A DNA stretch of 64,000 bases, taken from contig JAVKOQ020000041.1 in the NCBI GenBank assembly GCA_031835245.2, positions 1-64,000 on the forward strand, read 5' to 3'. Under the pieces are notes generated by a model. The model searched no databases. It was given only the letters and a program-made list of their open reading frames with translations, and was not told where the DNA came from. Source of the stretch: Balamuthia mandrillaris (lineage: Eukaryota). This document shows positions 1 through 13,656 of this stretch, one piece after another; the stretch's first letter is position 1, and the number at the start of each line of letters is the position of its first letter. The position numbers and the translations under genes were made by a program.

Positions 1-10
1 CTAACCCTAT

Positions 11-580
11 TTGGAGGTATTGGGAAGAGTGTCGACAAGAAGTCATAATAGTTGGTTTTCCAACAACCTAACCTACCATTTTGTAGATGTCTTCAACAAA
101 ATGGAAACATCATATGCTTTTGGAATCATGAACAAGGAACATAGACCATTTTGCATTGTAATTAAGTTCATGCCTTTTCTCTTCCTTCTTGACATTAACA
201 GATGTGATCCTAAATCAGGTGGAATGCACCATTTGCACTCAGAATGTATCACTCATTGCGACTTGGGAACCAGAAACCTGCTCCTTACCAACATGTTACA
301 TATTAAAGTTGCTAGTAACCTCTATGTTCTGAGCTGTTCAGTGTCCATTTCCCTTCTCTCATCTCATGTAACTTAAACAACAGATTTTGGTATGTCAAGA
401 CAGATGGAGAACAAAGGCGGTGCCCAAAAGACAACCAATGAAGTTGGCCCTCTCAAATGGTTTGTTTCATGCTTGCTGTCTTGTTTCAAGTTTGGTTTCT
501 CACCTACGTTTGTTCAGGATGGCTCCAAAAGCTATAAAAGATCATGTTAATTCTGAAAAGTCGGACATTTGGAGGTTTGT
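11..580 (+). pseudogene. Degenerate tyrosine-kinase-like (TKL) protein kinase fragment
   Basis: Spliced reading gives VLGR.., FCIVIKFMP, GMHHLHSECITHCDLGTRNLLL, DFGMSRQ, GPLKWMAPK and SEKSDIW, i.e. kinase subdomains I and V-IX. HRD is HCD and APE is APK, parts of the N-lobe appear missing, and no subdomain X-XI follows. May extend left of the window. Confidence 0.65.
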
Positions 581-776
581 GGCCAGAAACAGGAACAAAC
601 ACAGGTGTCAGAAAGAGAGAGAGAGAGTTCCTCCCGTTTTTGCAAAAGGCCAACTTATCGGTACCAAAACAACAAAGAAGCATAATTATTTGTTTTAAAA
701 GAGTGACAAAACGAGAAAAAGCTCACGTGCTCCTATGTATCACACAAAAATAAGTCAAGTGGCCAAACAGCAGAAC

Positions 777-816
<40 letters not shown>

Positions 817-834
817 CTTCAAGTATGCGAACCG

Positions 835-3365
835 TTAAAATAAGGAACACCACCGTGGCGCCTCTTCTTCTCCGTCTTGCTTTTCACTGAGTCTTGGTCG
901 CTTGTTCTTGGCTGCTGTTGCCTTTTGAGTCTGTTGCGGTGATGAGCCGGCTTGCTTTCGTTTCTCTCCAACATTTACAACAAAGGACAGCGACTCGGAT
1001 GAAGGGGCAGCGATATCTTCTAGTTCTTCCTCCGTTATGTCTTCTAACTCTGACTCCTCTTCGTCTTGTTCTGCTAATTGTTCTAGTGTAGGTCCCCATT
1101 CATCATCTTTGTCCTCAGAACCTTTCCATCCTACTTCATGCAAATCTTCTTCTTCTTCTTCTTCTTCCTTTGCTTTGTCTTTCCAATGTTGCATTCGAGA
1201 GGCACGTCTTCGTGGTGTTCCACCATTAGCATCGTTGCGGTTGTTTATTGTAAGTTTACGGCCTTTTGGAGTTGTCGCAGTTGATGACGGAGAAGGGGTA
1301 AGAGCTTGAATGATTTGGGCTGTGTGACTACCCGATTTGCCGCTCCGGAAAAGGACGTGCGTTATTATACCATCCCCGTTCAATAGAAACGTTTTCTTTT
1401 GGTTGCCAAAAGTTTTTTCTCCAAACGATACCAATGCTTTGCGTACTCCATACGCGTGAGCTATCGTAAAGTCGCCATCTTGATTGAAAAAGAAATATAT
1501 TTCGGGTTAAATCTTCATTTTAAAACATGAGAAAAGCAACAAGGAGAAAGAGTGAAGTACCAACTACTACAGGAAATGCTAGCGTATCACGAGAAGGTTG
1601 ATTGGTGATGATCAACACTTGAATCCCTTGTTTGCGCAATAGAGGAGCCGCAAGAAGCTCCTTATATTCAGCCTTGAATCCGTCCGTTTTAAGGCTGGAA
1701 CGAAACAAAAGTACAACACATTGGCCCTTGTAGCTCTTCAGCTTTATGATATCATCTGTTGTTGCTTTAGCGGTGAATAGTGGTGCTTTGTCTCCGGCTT
1801 GCAAGTCTGCAGATTCAGCAGGTTCCTTTCACACAAATGGATTGTTATGAACAAATGTGTGAATCAGGGAAAGGAGAAAAAGCTAAACGCGACACGAGAA
1901 AAGAATATACCATTTTTTCCTTCAGATCAGCAATGGATTGGAAAAGTTGTTTCGCATGACCTTCCACTTTACCCACGTTAAAAACTTTGCGAACAACATG
2001 TCGTCCATCCAAGTAATAACATACTCTTTCCACGCCACAACTTTTGTTACTAACAATAGAAGACAATCAGCAAAAAAGCAGTACAAAACAATTTAATAAC
2101 ACAGATACAAATGAGTACCGTACCCAAAAACAAGCATTTCTTTCCACAGACCAAGACGAGAGGCCACCTTATGATTCTCATCATATAGAACAGGAAAATT
2201 CATGCTATGTTTCTTTTTCCATATCTCTAGCTCGTGTAACATAGTTTGTGTGAGGACATTGCCCTCTCCATCCACCGTCTTATCATCACTCTTCATAGCC
2301 AATGATGCCGAGTTTTGACTTGCTGATACAATGCAAACAACATCAACTCCGATATTCTATACTCACAAAGAAACCATCAAGAGTATAAGAAACGGGCTAA
2401 CAGAGGAAGAAAGAAGAAGAGTGAGGGTAGAAACGAGAAGGGAGAGGTATACCTGAAAGTCGGTGTAGATAGTTGCCAGTTCTATGGCTTGTGTCTGGGC
2501 GGCATCAGTCTCGAAAGAGGGAAAGAAACAAAGGAGCGTCTCTCGCCCCTCATGCTCTCGCAGCTTCCATCGCGCTCCAGAGCTTTCCAAAGCAGAGAAA
2601 GCTGGCACTTTTTCTCCCAACCGTAACTCGTCAAAGTGTTGCTCCTCTTCCGCTGATATCTTTTCGGTATTGTTACAAGAAAACAAAAAGAAAGCAGTTT
2701 TTTTTTAAAAAAAAAAGAGAGAGAAGAATAGATAGCAAAAGAAGGGTAGGTAACGCACGGTGGTTATGTAGTTGAGAACTTGCTCAGCATGCCCTTCCAC
2801 TTTCTTCACTTTGAATTTTTTGAGAAGGAGCCCTTTTTTAGCGTCTATGAGGAAGGTCGTGCGCACGGTGCCCCAGTAGGTCGTATTAAACATCCGCCTT
2901 TCCTTCCAGATGCCGTAAAGAGCGCTAAGCTTGTGGTCCTTGTCTATCGTTTGCAATGGAGAAAAGAGGGACATCACCAAAAAATAATCGAATAAACCAA
3001 TCTCGTCCTTCATTCAGAGCAAACACAACCTACTGTTGTTACGCACCGATTAGCATCGTAAACTTTGGTTTCATCTGTTGTACAAACTCGGTGTAGTCAG
3101 AGGGGCTGTCCGAACCGTCCGATGGGGAGATGGCAACCAACTCGGTGGAGGCCGCGCGGAACTTCCTGCTCAGCTTCGAGAACTCGTCGCACTGCATCAC
3201 GGTGGCGTCTTTGTAGTTGGGCAGGAAGAACAGCAGGAGGAAGCGAGAGGCTCCACCTTGTTTGGAAAGGAAATTCTTGAGAGCCCATTTGTTGCCGTCG
3301 GTGTCGTGGGCCGTGAACAACGGCGCCTTGACTCCAGCGGATAACTCTGGCTGACTTACATTCAT
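835..3365 (-). CDS. Multi-exon protein with three tandem BCP/PrxQ-like (AhpC/TSA) domains, acidic tail and C-terminal CaaX box
   Basis: Three repeats starting LSAGVKAPLFTA, LRLGEKVPAFSA and LQAGDKAPLFTA. BCP-type C-halves such as YGIWKERRMFNTTYWGTVRTTFLID and KVKKVEGHAEQVL. GT-AG introns (e.g. 3046-2944) join the exons in frame. Ends ...KNKRPR...RWCSLF*. Confidence 0.8.
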
Positions 3366-4003
3366 TTAGGGCGGCGGTTATGTGGTTGTGATGGTTTCTT
3401 CTTTCTTTTTTTTTTTTTGGCTTCTTCTCTTGTGCAAGATCATTAATCCCAATCAAATATCAAAACCGTGCTGTTGATCGCAGCCAATGAGCTAGCGGAA
3501 CCTGAATGATTGTCCATTGGCCGGTACAAGTCACCCACCTCATAACTTTAAGGTGTTCCTTTTGTTTAAGGCACCCCTTGCTAAAACTAAAAAAAAATTC
3601 GCAACACCCACCCAGTTACGCACGAACAAGTCAAACACACAACCACCGACACAGGAGCACTGCCAGTAAGCCCTGGCTTAGGGTAAGCTATCTATCCCCC
3701 CCCCCCTTTTTTTTTTTCAAAAACAAACGATAAAGCATAAGACCATCTTTTGGGGTTTTCGTGGTGTCCTCAGGGACGACTACACGCGATAGACCACCAA
3801 GCATAAAGATTATGCAAGATAAAAATACAATTCCTGGGCCGTTCTAGAGATAGAACAACGCAAACTATTTTATGTTGCCCTATTTCCTGCGTCCCTACAT
3901 TATCACTTATTTTTTTTTCTTCTTGTCCCTCATGTTTTCTGACTTCCGGTCTTTCATGACAACAGCAGAAAACGCGGAAGAGGTCGGTCTCGAGCAAGAG
4001 AGT

Positions 4004-4051
<48 letters not shown>

Positions 4052-4125
4052 GAAAGGAGTAGTTTATAACAATAAACAAATGAACTTATATTCTATTTGT
4101 CTTCTATTTCTTATCTCCTTATTCC

Positions 4126-4422
4126 TTACCCCGCAGACAAAAAACGAGAGACAAGATCGTAGGTGGTAAGGATGCTGGCGTGGACCGGAAAGGCACGAAC
4201 CACAGCAGGCCTCCACCCTTTGAAAAAAGCGGCAGCACCTTCGCTCCGCCAAATATCGAGTGCCACCTCCTGCATGTTCCGCGGAGCGGCGTTGGCCACG
4301 GCAGCTTGCACGCTTTTCGCTTCAGCAGGTGGATGAAGGCTGGCTTGCATCCGTGATTTCACTACATCCAGTGGATATTGGGCTGTCCAACATACAACGC
4401 TGAGGAGCGATGATTGATGTAA

Positions 4423-4490
<68 letters not shown>

Positions 4491-5857
4491 TTGAAATGGT
4501 TGGTACCCAGTAAGACCTCCAGCGAGAAGTAGTTCTGGGAAACTTATTTGTTTGTCGCGGTTATTGGAACGCTTATGCAACAGACGTTTGAGCGCTTCAT
4601 ATGTTGTGAAGTAAGTTCCATAGCCGATTGCATCTCGCAACATAGTGGCTGATAAACCTTTGTACAATCCTGTGATTGATGGGTATGTGGGTCAGTCTCT
4701 TTCACATAAACAAAAAATAAGACAAACCTTTTAAACCCAAGTGCTTAGCAACATCCCGAGGTCCTTCAAAGTATATATTTTCCCAGTGGCTCAACGATTC
4801 AAGGCTCTTCATCCTGCTCATGTATTCCTTCAGTTTTGCTCCATCATTTGGTTGATTTACTGTCTGCAGCTGCAATATTATTTTGATGCTGTTCCGTTGT
4901 TAGAACGCTCTTCCTTCTCTTGTTCTCTTCTCTCCTCTTTCGCAACGTACCGATCAATTGGAGTAACAACTGCTGTATTGATAATACCAGCTCCTGCAAA
5001 ACAATACAAAGTTAAGACCAAAACACTGCAATACTCTATAACTTTGTTGAGTCGATGCTTACCCGCTGCCGCAATTGCAATTTTCCACACTGCTAGGCGT
5101 TTATCAAGCTCTTCGTTACCGCCAGTAAAGAGTAGCCTCTTCAACGAGCCAAATGCACCAAATGATACCGTTTTGCTATATCGGTAAAATAAAATGAGAT
5201 GAGGGGGAGAAACAGAGGGCGGAAAGGAGAAGAGACTTACACCAAAGTAATGCCAAGTAATGGAGATAGCATGCCTTTGTAAAACCCAAGTGGACCCTCT
5301 GATCGGAGTGTTTTCAACGCGCAGTCCGTTGCATTGGCGTAGGATGACTTGCCATTCTGTGTTTGCAACCGCACCTTTTATAACGCTCACAGGTAAGACC
5401 ACTGGTTGTGAAACGAAAGGAGAGGAGAAAAATGAACACTTCGACCTCCACTCACCCGAATGGTTTCAAAAGGATAACCTACGACCAGACCGACCATCCC
5501 ACCTGCGCTGCCTCCCACGAAATGTTTGTATGGAGCAAGAAAAGAGAAGTGGTGCTCGTGTTTCTGCTCCGAAAACGATTGCTTCTTCTCCGCTTTGGCT
5601 TGGCGTTGGTGCCGGTAAGGGACACGCCATGTTGAGTGTTCTTCGTGCTGCGGACCCCAACCTGGAATGGTGGGCTGCAGAAGAGCTCCTTCGGATTGGC
5701 TCAAAGAAGCGGCGGAGGAGACGCTGTAAGCCGCTGGTAGCGAGTTATGCAGGCTGGGATGTGAGTGTCTATGAGGTTTGTTGGCAGGTTGGTGGCTCTC
5801 TGAGCTCTCGCGTGAGGGACGGAGTCTTGGTTCCAACGGGATCAGCCTCTTCATCAT
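4126..5857 (-). CDS. Mitochondrial carrier (SLC25), carnitine/ornithine-carrier-like, multi-exon
   Basis: Carrier signature repeats GYPFETIRV, TPIDR and YPLDVVKSRMQ, plus LYKGLSATMLRDAIGYGTYFTTYE and FFKGWRPAVVRAFP. Start codon uncertain. Confidence 0.88.
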
Positions 5858-6291
5858 CCGCTTGCACAGTACTCTTCAAAACCTTGCTTCGGCCTCCAAT
5901 TGCTTTAAACTGCAACTATTATTATGGTGTTGTTGAAGAAGAGCAAGGCCCTTGCTTAGGGATCAAAATGGGTATGCAAAGAGGTAGAAAAGAAGGACCC
6001 TCTTCTGGTTTTTTTCTGCGGTGGAGGGAGGAGGTTCCCTTGCAGCTGTTTTATTCCGAATTTCCAGACGAGGAATTTGTGTCCTTTTTTGGTCATCATT
6101 GCAAATTTCTTGGAAACTGGCCCAACGATCACATTGGCAACCAATCAAAAATCTAAGTGATGACGCAATCGACCTCCTCTGCCTTCTCTCACTGTGTGTG
6201 TTGTGGTGGAAAAAAAATCAAAGAGGGTCCTCTTCCTTCGTTCGCCAAGCCAAACCAACCGAGCATTTATTGATTGGCACAAGAGCAGTGG

Positions 6292-6881
6292 CTATGTCCA
6301 GCAACAGGCGGATTGGCTGTCTACATCGACCAACAGCTCCATTCTGGGCTTAGTGGAAGGCGGTGAGCTCGACAACAATAGCATGGTGCCGTTGTTGGAG
6401 GAGGCGGGAGGGTTCTCGTAGCTATCAGGAGGTGCCCCCAAGGACGATGACAGTGAAGAAGCAAGAAAGAGACTTGACTGCTTTCTTTCTTCCTCGATGT
6501 CTTGAGCTTGGTATTCTTCTGCCTCTTCGTCTTCTTCTTCATCGTCTTCCTCCATTTCCATGTGCCGGGCATCCTCCTCCCCGTTGTTGTAAGGAAGAGG
6601 GAACGTAATGACGATGTCAGGAGGCAAGCCAGCAAGACCCCTTCTCGCTAATTCTTTCAGACGGGAATCGCAAGCACATAACCGATCGTAATGCTTCAAC
6701 AGAGAGGAGTTAGGGAAGGTGATGACGTGCTTGGCGTAGGTGCTGGCAAATCCACCGGTGAAGTCGTACGTTTCTTCCCACTGCACGGTCTTGCCAGGTT
6801 GTGGATTACTTTCTCCATAAAACCGAGGTGGCTTTTGTACCTGTTTTCATATAAACGTTAATTTATATGTGAGTGAGAAAG

Positions 6882-6923
<42 letters not shown>

Positions 6924-9900
6924 CAAATAACAAACCACAACGATTAAGGAACAGGGACCTCTCGTAGGAGGTATGTTGAGTTCCAGGCCAATGATGTTAC
7001 TCAGGTCGATTTCCATTTTGGCCATAAGGCCAAGGGCCATCAGCTCCCAGACTATTTTTTTCTTCGTAAAGTAGAATTTGGCGCATATCTCTCCCAGAAA
7101 AGTGGACTCTTTGGACCAACCGTCAATTTGCAACCGGGAGGCAGGTATCAACACCGGTTTTAACCTGTTGTAGCTCCATGCTTCTCCGTCTACAGTGAGT
7201 TCTTCCGTCGGAACAATGGTATTTTGTGTGGTGTTGGCAGATGCAACAGAAGAGGATGATATCGAAGAAGAAGATGAAGAAGGAGGAGAAGAAGATGATA
7301 AAGATGGAGCGATGGGAAGGGAAGGCTGTTGGGTTAATAGCGGAGCAGCAGCATCTGCTGAGGAGAGAGTGAAATTTGAAAATGAGATATCTTGAGAAGG
7401 CTGGAGAAGGTTATTGTTGTCGACTTGCTCCATAGATGGAAGCAACAGATTTTCGAACCCAGCAAATGAGGCGGAGGGCGTTGGGTCTACAGAGGAGCTA
7501 TCAGCGGAGAAGGAGGAGATCGGAGAGGATGAGGCATACATCTGTGCACCAGATGGACCATAGGAGGATGGAGAAGAGGAAAAAGCGGATGCCATTGAAG
7601 AAGACAAGGGAGAGAAAACAGAAGATGATGATGTTGTCGAAGAGGAAGAACAAGAGGCGACAGTGGGTAGGGCAGAAGAGGGAGAAGATGCTGTTGGGGG
7701 AGCAGAGGCATAGGAGGGATAGGAGGCAAGAACAGAGGTCAGCTCCGGTGGCAGGGTAAGAAGTGACGATAACAGGTAGACGGATGCTGCGTCAGACGCT
7801 GCTTGGGAAGAGTTGAACACAGGTACTGATGAAAACGACGAAGCTGATGAAGAAGACGCTGAAGAAAGGGAAGCTGATGAAGAGGAAGGAGAGAGAGAAG
7901 AGGAAGAGAGAGAGGCAAGAGAAGATTGGCCGGTAAGGGCTGAATTAAGGCTACTTAGGTACCCCAAATAATCAAACTCAGAAGCTTGTGACAAAGGAGT
8001 CGTGGCCAATGAACTCAGAGTTTGAGCAGGGGTGGAGGTTTGAGTTGGGGCTGGAGCGGAAGGTGGAGTGACCGTAGGAGTGGGAGTTGCAGTAGTAGTG
8101 GTTGTCCAGCTTACGTAAGGTGTTACAGCGGAGACAGAATTGTTGCTGTTGTTGGTCAGCGTGGAAGAAGAAGACGACGGCGACGAAGACGACTGCGAAG
8201 ATGAAGGTAAAGATAATGGAGGAGTAGCGGCGGAAACAGGATTGTTGGTCAACGCAGAAGTATTGTTGGTCAACGTTTTAGCCGAGAGTTTGCTGGAACT
8301 GGTCAACGTGGAGGCCGAAGACGAAGTAGGAGTGACGGGTGGCCGAGAAGGCTTGGCGGGTAGTGATGATGATGTAAAACTAGTGTTTGTTGGGGTGGCA
8401 TTCTCTTTGGTGGCACCGTCGTTGCTATTGCTGCTGCTATTTACAGCGGCAGGAAGCGATGATCGCAACGTAAAACGAGCTGCTGTTGATGCCTGCTGTT
8501 GCTGTGGGGGCTGCTGAATATTGGTTGAAGAGTTTCGTGGCGGCAAAGTGGATGGTATTGTTGTGAATAGAGGAGTAGAGGAAGAAGTAGAGAGAGCAGG
8601 AGAAGAAAAGTAGGAAGAAGTAGAGGGAAGGTTGATTGAAGTAGCAGTTGTTGTTGCAGTTGCTGTTGCAGTTGTCGTTGCAGTTGTGTTAGTGGGAGAA
8701 GACGAAGTGGTAGAGAGTTGTGAGAGGGACGGCCGAGGGGAGCCAGTAATTGCAGCAGCACCAGCAGTGACGCCATTCTTGGCAGCGGCCAAGTTGAATG
8801 TGGTAAATGGAGAAGAAAGAGAGGGTAGTAATTGCTGTTGTTGTTGTGGAGTGAGATTGCTAAGTAATGAGTGTTGTTGAGTAAGACCAAGCGAAGGAGA
8901 CTGTGACAAGAACAATGCCGAGGCTTGAGAGACAGGAAACGAGGGATTCGAACTGAGAAACTGGGTTTGGTTCAACGATAACGGATGTTTCATGAATGAC
9001 GGATTAATGGCGGCAAAGGGCGAAGACAGGAGAAATGGAGAGATCGAGGGAGGGGCAGGAGCGATGGGCACATGAACTGTTTGCTTGAGGGCAATTTTTC
9101 TTGGAACGCAGGGTGTGCCTGTTCCATTGCGCGGTGTTGTTGTTGCCGTTGTCGCAGATGCTGTTGTTGTTGGTGTTGCTGTCGTTGTCGTTGTTGTCGC
9201 TGTGGTACTTGGCACTTTCGGAATGTTCGTTGTATTTGCGGATGGTTTAGCAGTGGTTGAGGTGTTTGTGGACGAACGAGGAACTTCTTTCGGGTTGGTC
9301 ACTTTTCGGGCGGTACTAGCAGCAACTCCAGCTGCAGCAGCCTTTGCGGGACTAACTATCTGCTGTAACGAAGTGGATGACGACGAAGACGCAGCAGAAA
9401 CGGGAGAAAGGGTAGGCGGTTGTTTTACGGTGCTTCTATCGGGAACTAAGATAGTAGTGGATGAGGTAGTAGTTGGAGGGTTTGTAATGGTCAGGTTGAG
9501 AGGAACGGTCGTCGCGGGAGCAGCTGACGACGTCAATCTGCCCAAAGTAGACAGAGTTGGTGTAGAAGAGGTAATCCCTCCTTCTTGTTGAACAATAACC
9601 TTGGCCGCGGCTAAGCCTTCGGCACCGGCACTAGGCGCGCAGGAGGAGGAAGAGGAGGCACTCGTAGTGATTGCAGAAGAAGAAGCTGCTGCAGAAGGCA
9701 ATGGTAACGAAGCAGCAGAGCGAGAGAGGTAGTCTTTATGACAGGAGGGCTTTCGCGGGATAGGCGCTTTTTTGCAGAACGTGGCCCTTTGGTCTGTGCT
9801 AGCTGTCGAGAGAAGTCTCGGTTTTTTGGAGGGCAGCTGCTGCAGTTGTGGACATGAAAGAGAAGGTTCCCTCGGCCGACAAAGCTTGGCTATCATCTTC

Positions 9901-10448
9901 AGGGGCGAAGTCGAAGGCGTCGTCGCGCCATTCGTCTGTTGTTGCGTTGCCGTTGTGCTCGAAGTAGGGGGGAATGAAGAGGAGGAGGAGGAGGAGAGGG
10001 TAGCGGAGGAGGAAGGGGTCGTTCTCCCCGCTACTACATTTTTTGTGGTGGAGGTGGTGGTCGGTGAGCCCAGCGCAACTCTTGCCGTAGTCTCTTGGTT
10101 CTGCACAGGTCGAGCGGCAAGAGACGAAGACGGAGGGGAAGCAGTCGAGTTGGTGTTGTTGCCACCGCTGCGCGGCAGGGGTTGCTGTTTGGAGGCCGAT
10201 TGTTGTTGCGAGGCTGCCATCAGCCCAGACTTGTCCACCTTGCTGGTGTAGGCCAGAAGAGAGAGCTGCCGCTCATAGACCCCTCTTTTCGTTTCCTTGG
10301 AAGAGCCCTTGAGGTGGTTGCCAGCGCTCTCCCCACCGGTCAACGTAGCGATCGAGCTCCTTGTTGCGGCTTGTTGCTGGGCTGTGGCTGAGGCTGGGGC
10401 TGGTGGTGGCAGCGGCGGTGTTGTTGAGGTCCGTTGTGGCAGCGACAT
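6292..10448 (-). CDS. Large Ser/Thr/Pro low-complexity protein with C-terminal TRF2/HOY1 PH-like domain (family mostly known from plants)
   Basis: 1196-aa ORF plus a second exon. The segment IPASRLQIDGW..AKFYFTKKKIVWE..KMEI..PRFYGESNPQPGKTVQWEETYDFTGGFAS..HYDRLCACDSRL matches my recollection of the plant family motif (AKCYFAKHKLVWE..ETNPQPRKHTLW..DFTGGQAS). Confidence 0.75.
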
Positions 10449-11179
10449 TCAAATGCGATTTTACTTTATTTTTATTTTTCGTTCTATTTTTTTATTTTTT
10501 GTTCTGGATTTTTTTCCCCCTTGTTTTTTGTTTTTTGAGAGCAGAAGGAAGGAAGGAAGCCGATCCCCTCTTGTTTTTTATTGTCTGTTCTTCGTTCGCT
10601 TCGTTGCCACCACCGTTGAGCTGTCCAGGGCCGCCTTTTTTTTTGTTGTTTGTTGTTGTTCCCGTTATTACTTCCCCCCTAACAACGACGACGAAAAAGA
10701 AAAAAACAAAAAAAAAAGAAAAGCAGAAGGAATCGAAGAAATTCGGAAAGCCTCAGTGATCAAGCGAAAGGAGAGACAATTTTTACGATGACGGAGGACC
10801 TCGTTGAATTTTTTCTAATTTTTGACGACACGTGACGTCACATTGAATTTTATTTTCCGTTTTTTTATACTTTTCTCTTTCTTTCTTCCTTTTCATTTTA
10901 TTCTTTTTGCTTTGGAACGTCTTTTGGTGAGCCTATAACGTGAGATAGTAACAAACCAAGCGTGCGTAACATAACTCATGAAAAGAAAACGTAAAAGCGG
11001 AAAGACACCACATAAAAAATTGGGCTCAAACCGAGAGAAAACCGAAAGCACATCCAAAGCAAACCATACAGCCAACGCTTTATAATCGACTTTGGTTCTT
11101 CTCCTTCTTCTTCCATTCCCAAAACAAACACAACAAGTACACACACAAACGTGACCACATAGCACAACACGCAAACAAA

Positions 11180-12355
11180 ATGATGGAAACAGCACCTCAA
11201 ACAACATCAGTGGAGAAGCCAGAGATCTTTCCGAAGACCACTCCTCGCCTGGACCCCACCAAGAAGATGATGGCCTGCGAGTGGCACGGCAACAAGGACG
11301 TGCGCGCGGTGGAGCGGGCCAAGCCTCTCATCACGGAACCCTCTGACGTGGTCGTACGGGTAACCACTACCACCGTCTGCGGCTCCGATCTGCACCTCTA
11401 CCATAATGAGTTTGCAGGGATGCAGAAGGGCGACATCCTAGGGCACGAGGGCGTGGGCATCGTGGAGGAGGTCGGCGAGGCGGTCAAGACGTTGAAGCCA
11501 GGCGACAGGGTAGCCATCTCGGCGGTGATCGCTTGCGGTCAGTGTGAGTTCTGCAAGAAGGACATGCCGAGCCTGTGCGACGTCACCAATCCAAGCAAAG
11601 AGATGGAGCAGCAGTATGGACATAGGACGGCGGGCTTGTTTGGATACTCGCACCTAACGGGAGGGTATGATGGATGCCAGGCCGAGTATGTGCGCGTGCC
11701 CTACGCCGATAACTGCTGCTTGAAGCTACCCAATAGCGTTCCTGATGAGAAAGCCATTTCGTTATCAGGTACGTTTTCAAAGAAACGAAATAACCACTTG
11801 AGAAAAAAAAAACAAACAAAAACAAATAAGATGACTTACAAATGAGCTTCTCCCAACAGACATCGCATGCACCGGATGGCACGGCAACGAATTGGCCGAA
11901 GTGTCGGAGGGCCAAACGGTGGCGGTGTGGGGCTGTGGCCCTGTTGGTCTCATGGCCATTATGTGGGCTCGTTTTAGAGGAGCGGCTCATGTCTACGCCA
12001 TCGATGATGTACCGTCCAGACTGCAGATGGCAGAGAAGTTGGGAGCCATCGGCATAAACTTTAAGGAGAAGACCGTGGTAGACACTCTGTTGAAGGCCAT
12101 TCCAGGTGGCCCTGATGCATGCATCGACTGCGTTGGCTTCCGTTATCCCTCTTCGTTGTTGCATCGCATTGAAAGGACTTTGAAGCTGGAGACCGATGCT
12201 GGAGATGTGCTCAGAGAGGCGATCTTGTGCTGCAAGAAAGGAGGTAAGATTGCTCTTATTGGAGACTACTACTCGTACACCAACCAATTCCCTATCGGTA
12301 CGTCAGCCAGTCCATTGCTCCTGTTTTTTGCTTTTTTTTTTTTTAAAGATGTGAG

Positions 12356-12397
<42 letters not shown>

Positions 12398-12655
12398 AAC
12401 CGAACCTGCTTTGCTAATACGAAAAACTTAGGTCCAATGATGGAGAAAGGATTAACGATGAGGGGCGGTCAAGTGTTCGTGCAGAAATATTGGAAGAAGC
12501 TTTTGGAGTTCATCGAAAACGGACAAGTGGATCCATCTCTTGTTATCACGCACCACATGTCCCTTGACGAAATAAGTAAGGCCTACAGCATGTTCGACCA
12601 AAAGCAGGAGAACGTCCTCAAGATCCTGCTTCATCCTCGCAGTCCCACTATGTAA
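11180..12655 (+). CDS. Zn-dependent alcohol/formaldehyde dehydrogenase (MDR family, FDH-like), 3 exons
   Basis: TVCGSDLHLY, ILGHEGVG, structural-Zn CGQCEFC..C, Rossmann VAVWGCGPVG, DACIDCVG. Two GT-AG introns. Confidence 0.93.
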
Positions 12656-12730
12656 GTGTTTGAGGCCTCTGAAATTATAAACAAAGCAAAAGCACAAAAC
12701 ATTGTAAAGAACAAATAAAAGAATCAAACC

Positions 12731-13143
12731 TCATTTCGTCTCACTCTTTTGAGCGAGTTGTGAGAGAAGAAAGTTATGCCTTTGCACCATGTGCTCGTAA
12801 TGCTGGTTTCCAGCGGCGTCATCAGGAACTTTTGTGTACGCAATGACTGCATCGTACCTTCATTTTTTTAACGCTTATTTAGCATGGGAGAATGCAGAGA
12901 GAGAGAGAGAGAGTTTTAACTTTTTGAGGTCAGCCACAACCTTGTCATAAGGGTTGAATCTGGGATGCTGTAAATATACATCACGATTCAGCCTCAATAC
13001 TGCAAAGGATAGACTTTGAAAACAAAACAAACCTTGAAACAATCAGTGTGGCGCAATGGCAACACCAACATATGGAGATGCAAATGTCGTACAGAAACAG
13101 GAAAATTAAACCTGTTTATGCGTGCCGTGAGAGAATGCAGAGA

Positions 13144-13185
<42 letters not shown>

Positions 13186-13592
13186 GAGAAGTTGTAAAGG
13201 ACAAGTAACATAGTGGTAGTTAGTTGTAGTAAGGCCGCTAGTAGAAGGGGAAAATACCCAACAACCAAGTAGTCTTTAACGTCAAGATTTCTGAACCTTA
13301 ACGCTTCGTCTTGTTGCCATTTGTGTCGAAGGACTTCAAGTCCTTTGTCGAACATATGTTGTAATAGAGGAATGTGGTGGCGACGAAGCTGTGTTATGTC
13401 TACTATTGGCTCTGCTGGAATGCAGTCTATATGGTGCTTCGCTGTCTATGGCCCGCTCATGTGAGAGTTAATGGCTTTAGAGAATGCAAAGAGGGCTTAC
13501 AATTATCTTACCGCGAACTTATCATCAAAGATGCATATGCGGTCATCCCTGTAATGCACCGACTCGTTTTTCTTTTGTTTGGTTGAGTATTC

Positions 13593-13656
<64 letters not shown>

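Noticed and set aside
1..8. CTAACCCT at the window start (also TAACCCTAA near 22520) as a telomeric repeat
   Set aside because: Only about one unit each; no tandem array.
5260..6156. 298-aa plus-strand ORF
   Set aside because: Antisense to the mitochondrial carrier exons, with no recognisable motifs.
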